DNA of 63,487 nt, the filler included, from Candidatus Woesearchaeota archaeon CG1_02_57_44 (lineage in GTDB: Archaea; Nanobdellota; Nanobdellia; Woesearchaeales; CG1-02-57-44): assembly GCA_001871415.1 (NCBI GenBank). It is 5 parts of 5 records of this genome, joined end to end, with 100 filler letters (N's around TTAATTAATTAA, not from the genome) between each part and the next. Parts side by side here need not be neighbours in the genome. Positions count along the whole stretch, not along the records: positions 53,557 to 63,487 come from MNWW01000018.1; 4 more parts are not named here. One strand, written 5' to 3'. This document shows, piece by piece, positions 59,992 through 63,487 of the stretch. The translations under genes and the position numbers were made by a program. The notes below the pieces were generated by a model that worked only from the letters and a program-made list of their open reading frames with translations, was not told the DNA's origin and made no database searches. Within the stretch, counting starts at the first letter, position 1; every line of letters begins with the position of its first letter.

Positions 59992-62900
59992 GACGCGGCC
60001 TGAAGCATCAGGGGTCGCGTGTCAGGCCTGTCCTAGCCGTTTCTTTCCTGTTCCTGCTGGTCGGCGCTCTGCTGGCCATCCCCGCGGTCAAGGCGCCTGA
60101 CGGCACGCAGGATGGCGGAACAGGCGACGACGCATCCGACGCCTCCGGTGCTACTGATGCCACGGGCACGACTGATCCTTTTGCGTCCTTTGATCCTATC
60201 ATCCGGGATTTCTCCTTCGCCGGTGTCGATGGCGTCGATGGTCTCGCGTCATTATCGCCTGACGAGCAGCTGACCTTCACCGTGGTCATCTTCGGCGCAG
60301 GGGCTGAGGTTGATGCTGGTCATGTGTATCTTGGCGCTGACGGCGGGACGCCCTTTCAGGCGTGCGAGCAGACGCAGCCGCTTGAGCAGCTGTGGACCTG
60401 CACGTACAGCGCCGCCACATCGCTGTACTCGCCGGGGATGCTGACCAAGAGCGTGTGGGTCGACCATCGCAGCATGAGCGCGACAGGATTTCTCGACGGG
60501 CAAGGACCGGGCATCACGTCGGTGCGGCTGTCTCCTGCAGGATTGACGCTCAGTTACCTGGATGGCATCGGCGCTCTGAACGTGAATGGGTGCGCTGGCC
60601 TCGGTGAAGTGGCGCTGTATACGGACCTGACCGAGGAGCCGCTGCGCGTCTGGGAGCAGAGCGACCCGCGATGCGCCAACAGCGTCACGCTGCCCGTCAA
60701 TATGTCCGCGCTCGTCCCTGCGGGAGAAGAAGGCACGCTGCAGCTGCTGGTCGTGGCGAAGGACCGCGTGGGCAACGCGGGGGCATCCCGTGCTGTGTCG
60801 TATGACTATGACACGCTCGCGCCGGGCATCACGTACGATACTGCCGTGTATGATGGTCATCCGTTCACGTTCCTCAAGGCAGGCAGTCGCATCACGGTCA
60901 GGGTCAATGTGACTGAGGCGTCAACGGTCCGCGCTGATTTCACCGGCATTGGCGCGAATCCCGCGAACATGGAGGCGTCCTGCATAGCTGTGGCTGCGGG
61001 TTATCGCTGCGTCTGGCAGACGGTTGTCGCGGACACGCCCGGCAGCTTTTCTGTCACGGCCACGGACGCTGCCGGCAATGCCGCTTCGCAGGATTTCTCG
61101 CTCAGCTGGAGCGTCGATGATTCCGGCCCGCGCTCGCCGCAGCTGTCCGGAGGCGTTGATGTGGATGGCACGGCGTATGTCAAGGCCGTGAACAACACGT
61201 TCACGCTTACGCTGGTCGACGAAGGCAGCGGGGTAGCCAACGCATGGCTGAACCTGCAGCAGCTGGACCCTATCGCCTATGGCGCGGCTGTGCCTGCGGA
61301 TGCCTGCGAGGCCGCGCAGGGCGCGTGGCGATGCGTCTGGAACAATGTGCATGTCTCCATCGCGTCGGGCAGCAGCGCGACAGTTGCGGTATCACGGGCA
61401 GCTGACGCGCTGGGAAATCTCCTGAGCGAGCACGCCGACCTGACCGTCGTGGTCAAGACATCCAAGCCGCGCATCACTGACATCAGCATCAACTGCACCC
61501 GGCCCGGCGGCGAAGCCCGCGGCATCTGCGCGGAAGGCGACCTGATGACTGTGCAGGCCAATGTGTCTGATCCGCTGCCCGTGACCGTGCTTTTCAATCT
61601 CTCTCATATCTATTCCGGCCGGGCGGCTGATGAGGTGGTCTGCGAGGAAGGGCGCTGCGTGCTGTCCCTCGCAGAGGCCATACCCGCGTTCCTCACCAGC
61701 AGCAAGGTGCTGCCTGTGGTGGTGAGCGCCAGCGATCCCGTGGGCAACACGCAGGTGGCGCAGCGCGACATCGAGATACTGGATTCACCCGGGCTCACGC
61801 CGGACTTCTGGACGCTGTCCGAGGTGACGAGGCAGCCGTCGGCCATTGACAGGGCATCAGCGAGCATCATTGCCCAGCAGGTCTACTTCGGCGTGGAGCT
61901 GCTGGCGCACGCGCCCGTGACGCTCGCGAGCGTGCACTTTGACGGGTGCGTGGGAGCAAATGACCATGAACTGCCCACGGACGCGGTGCAGTTCCTGAGC
62001 GCGGAGCCATCGGTCATCGGGCTTGAGGACTCGCCACGGCAATGGATCGTATTCCCGCTGGAGACCACGGACTTTAGCGTCAATGAGCTGCGCTTCAACT
62101 GCACGTTCAGCACCACGTCGATAACCGGCGGGCGGCTCTATGAGACAGAGGCGGACATGGTGGAGCTGACCATCCCGTTCTTCAACATGCCCGCGGGGAC
62201 AGTCGATGATGCCTTGCAAAAGAAGATAGACGACGAGAAGAACGGTTTCCTGCATAATGGATTGTTCCGCACGCTCCAGAAGGTCGTGGACATCGCGGGC
62301 AAGATCTGCCAAGGCCTTCGCGCGTGGCAGATGTTCGTGTCGATAAACGATCTTCTCCACGGGAAGCTGGCAGCGGTCTCGGGATTCAATGTGGTGGAGG
62401 GCTGGCGACAGCTTCAAGCGCAGGCCATGGAAGGCGCGGGCCAGACAGGATACAAGATGTACGCGTGGCTGGACAAGTACTGCAAGTACCTCAACTGTCA
62501 GGCCGCGCCGGGCACGCTCGACTACGATCCCACCATGGCCTACCAGGTCATGGGACAGGCAGACTTCGTACTGGAGCTGTTTGAGAACATAGACCCCGGG
62601 CTGGTGCGACCTGACGGCACGGGCAGGGCCATCGTCAATACGCAGGCCATACCGCCTGATTTGCAACGAAGCTTTGGCATACCATCCACTGATGCTTCTG
62701 ACGCGTACGTCCTGAGCAGCGAGCAGACCGCTGACCTGCAGTCAAGGAACCGGATACAGCAGATAGCCATCAAGGACTCGCTGGTATTGTCCCTTGCAAC
62801 GCGGTGCATCCCCGGCGTGCTGTATAACATTGACAAGTACCGACAGGTTTCCTGCCAGTACATTGACTGCCTTGAGAACGGGGTGTCAACGTACAATGTG

Positions 62901-63227
62901 CCTGAATCAGTCTGCGAGTCCCAAAAGGGCTATGCCACGTGCAAGTACGTGTTTGGCGAGATCTTCAACATCATCCCGTTCACGGCAGTGATGGACTACT
63001 ACGCCGGGCGCATGAAAGAGATCATGAGCAATCCCTTATCTCTGGTCGGGGCTATCACCGGCTATGGCTGTCGCGCGGAACTGGCGACAGGCGCGACGGC
63101 GAGCATCTGCTTCAAGCTGCAATACGCTTCCCTATACCTGCAGGTCTTTCAGGAGGTCATGAACATCTTTGACTCCCATACGTGGGAGATACAACGCGAC
63201 TACTGCGACAGGGTGGGGCTGGGATGA
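59988..63227 (+). CDS. Large secreted protein with Ig-like domains and Cys-rich helical C-terminus
   Basis: Signal peptide, repeated D..GN motifs and C..W.C.W pairs; ATGA-coupled to both neighbours. Confidence 0.8.
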   Translation: MRRGLKHQGSRVRPVLAVSFLFLLVGALLAIPAVKAPDGTQDGGTGDDASDASGATDATGTTDPFASFDPIIRDFSFAGVDGVDGLASLSPDEQLTFTVVIFGAGAEVDAGHVYLGADGGTPFQACEQTQPLEQLWTCTYSAATSLYSPGMLTKSVWVDHRSMSATGFLDGQGPGITSVRLSPAGLTLSYLDGIGALNVNGCAGLGEVALYTDLTEEPLRVWEQSDPRCANSVTLPVNMSALVPAGEEGTLQLLVVAKDRVGNAGASRAVSYDYDTLAPGITYDTAVYDGHPFTFLKAGSRITVRVNVTEASTVRADFTGIGANPANMEASCIAVAAGYRCVWQTVVADTPGSFSVTATDAAGNAASQDFSLSWSVDDSGPRSPQLSGGVDVDGTAYVKAVNNTFTLTLVDEGSGVANAWLNLQQLDPIAYGAAVPADACEAAQGAWRCVWNNVHVSIASGSSATVAVSRAADALGNLLSEHADLTVVVKTSKPRITDISINCTRPGGEARGICAEGDLMTVQANVSDPLPVTVLFNLSHIYSGRAADEVVCEEGRCVLSLAEAIPAFLTSSKVLPVVVSASDPVGNTQVAQRDIEILDSPGLTPDFWTLSEVTRQPSAIDRASASIIAQQVYFGVELLAHAPVTLASVHFDGCVGANDHELPTDAVQFLSAEPSVIGLEDSPRQWIVFPLETTDFSVNELRFNCTFSTTSITGGRLYETEADMVELTIPFFNMPAGTVDDALQKKIDDEKNGFLHNGLFRTLQKVVDIAGKICQGLRAWQMFVSINDLLHGKLAAVSGFNVVEGWRQLQAQAMEGAGQTGYKMYAWLDKYCKYLNCQAAPGTLDYDPTMAYQVMGQADFVLELFENIDPGLVRPDGTGRAIVNTQAIPPDLQRSFGIPSTDASDAYVLSSEQTADLQSRNRIQQIAIKDSLVLSLATRCIPGVLYNIDKYRQVSCQYIDCLENGVSTYNVPESVCESQKGYATCKYVFGEIFNIIPFTAVMDYYAGRMKEIMSNPLSLVGAITGYGCRAELATGATASICFKLQYASLYLQVFQEVMNIFDSHTWEIQRDYCDRVGLG

Positions 63228-63487
63228 ATAAGCGTCACGGTTCTTGGCGCTGGATTGCCATGGTAGCGCTTGCCCTGATGCTCATGGTCGTGGTGGTGCC
63301 GGTGGGTGCGGCGGCTGATGATGCGCCGAAGCCGTCATCCGAGGTTCTTAGCGCGGGTGGGTTTGATACTAAAGGTGACGGTTGGACGGAAGTCACAAGT
63401 GCTGGCACGACCACTGGATGGACACGTACTGAAAGTGGTGTCACCATCACGCTGCCGGCCACGGGCGCTACTGCCAGGACAATCACC
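63224..63487 (+). CDS. 5' part of another secreted protein, cut by the window end (not in the ORF track)
   Basis: MNKRHGSWRWIAMVALALMLMVVVVPVGAAADD...; ATGA overlap with the previous stop. Confidence 0.75.
   Translation, partial: MNKRHGSWRWIAMVALALMLMVVVVPVGAAADDAPKPSSEVLSAGGFDTKGDGWTEVTSAGTTTGWTRTESGVTITLPATGATARTIT

Overview
Archaeal DNA, most consistent with a DPANN lineage such as Woesearchaeota (inferred from gene content, not from a marker tree). It combines archaeal information-processing genes (Rpr2, Dph2 N-domain, Elp3, NAC, Sec61beta, Lhr, HerA-type ATPases, TATA-box promoters) with bacterial-type metabolic enzymes (type I GAPDH, PGK, RpiB, MetK, malic enzyme, GyrB). The window is five contigs joined by artificial N-TTAATTAATTAA-N linkers, so adjacency across the four gaps is not evidence. 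It holds about 55 CDS, two tRNAs (Val-CAC, His-GTG) and two toxin-antitoxin pairs (MNT-HEPN; AbrB-RelE), each with palindromic operator-like sites between the TATA box and start codon. There are two paralogous surface loci (a class III signal-peptide protein followed by a very large secreted protein) and two paralogous Ig-like repeat proteins. The most notable non-coding signals are (1) a 137-bp, highly structured element present three times, always just downstream of a stop codon in the same orientation and bounded by TTAT, and (2) a decaying tandem array of tRNA-Val 3' fragments interleaved with small perfect hairpins. No CRISPR array, rRNA or transposase was seen.
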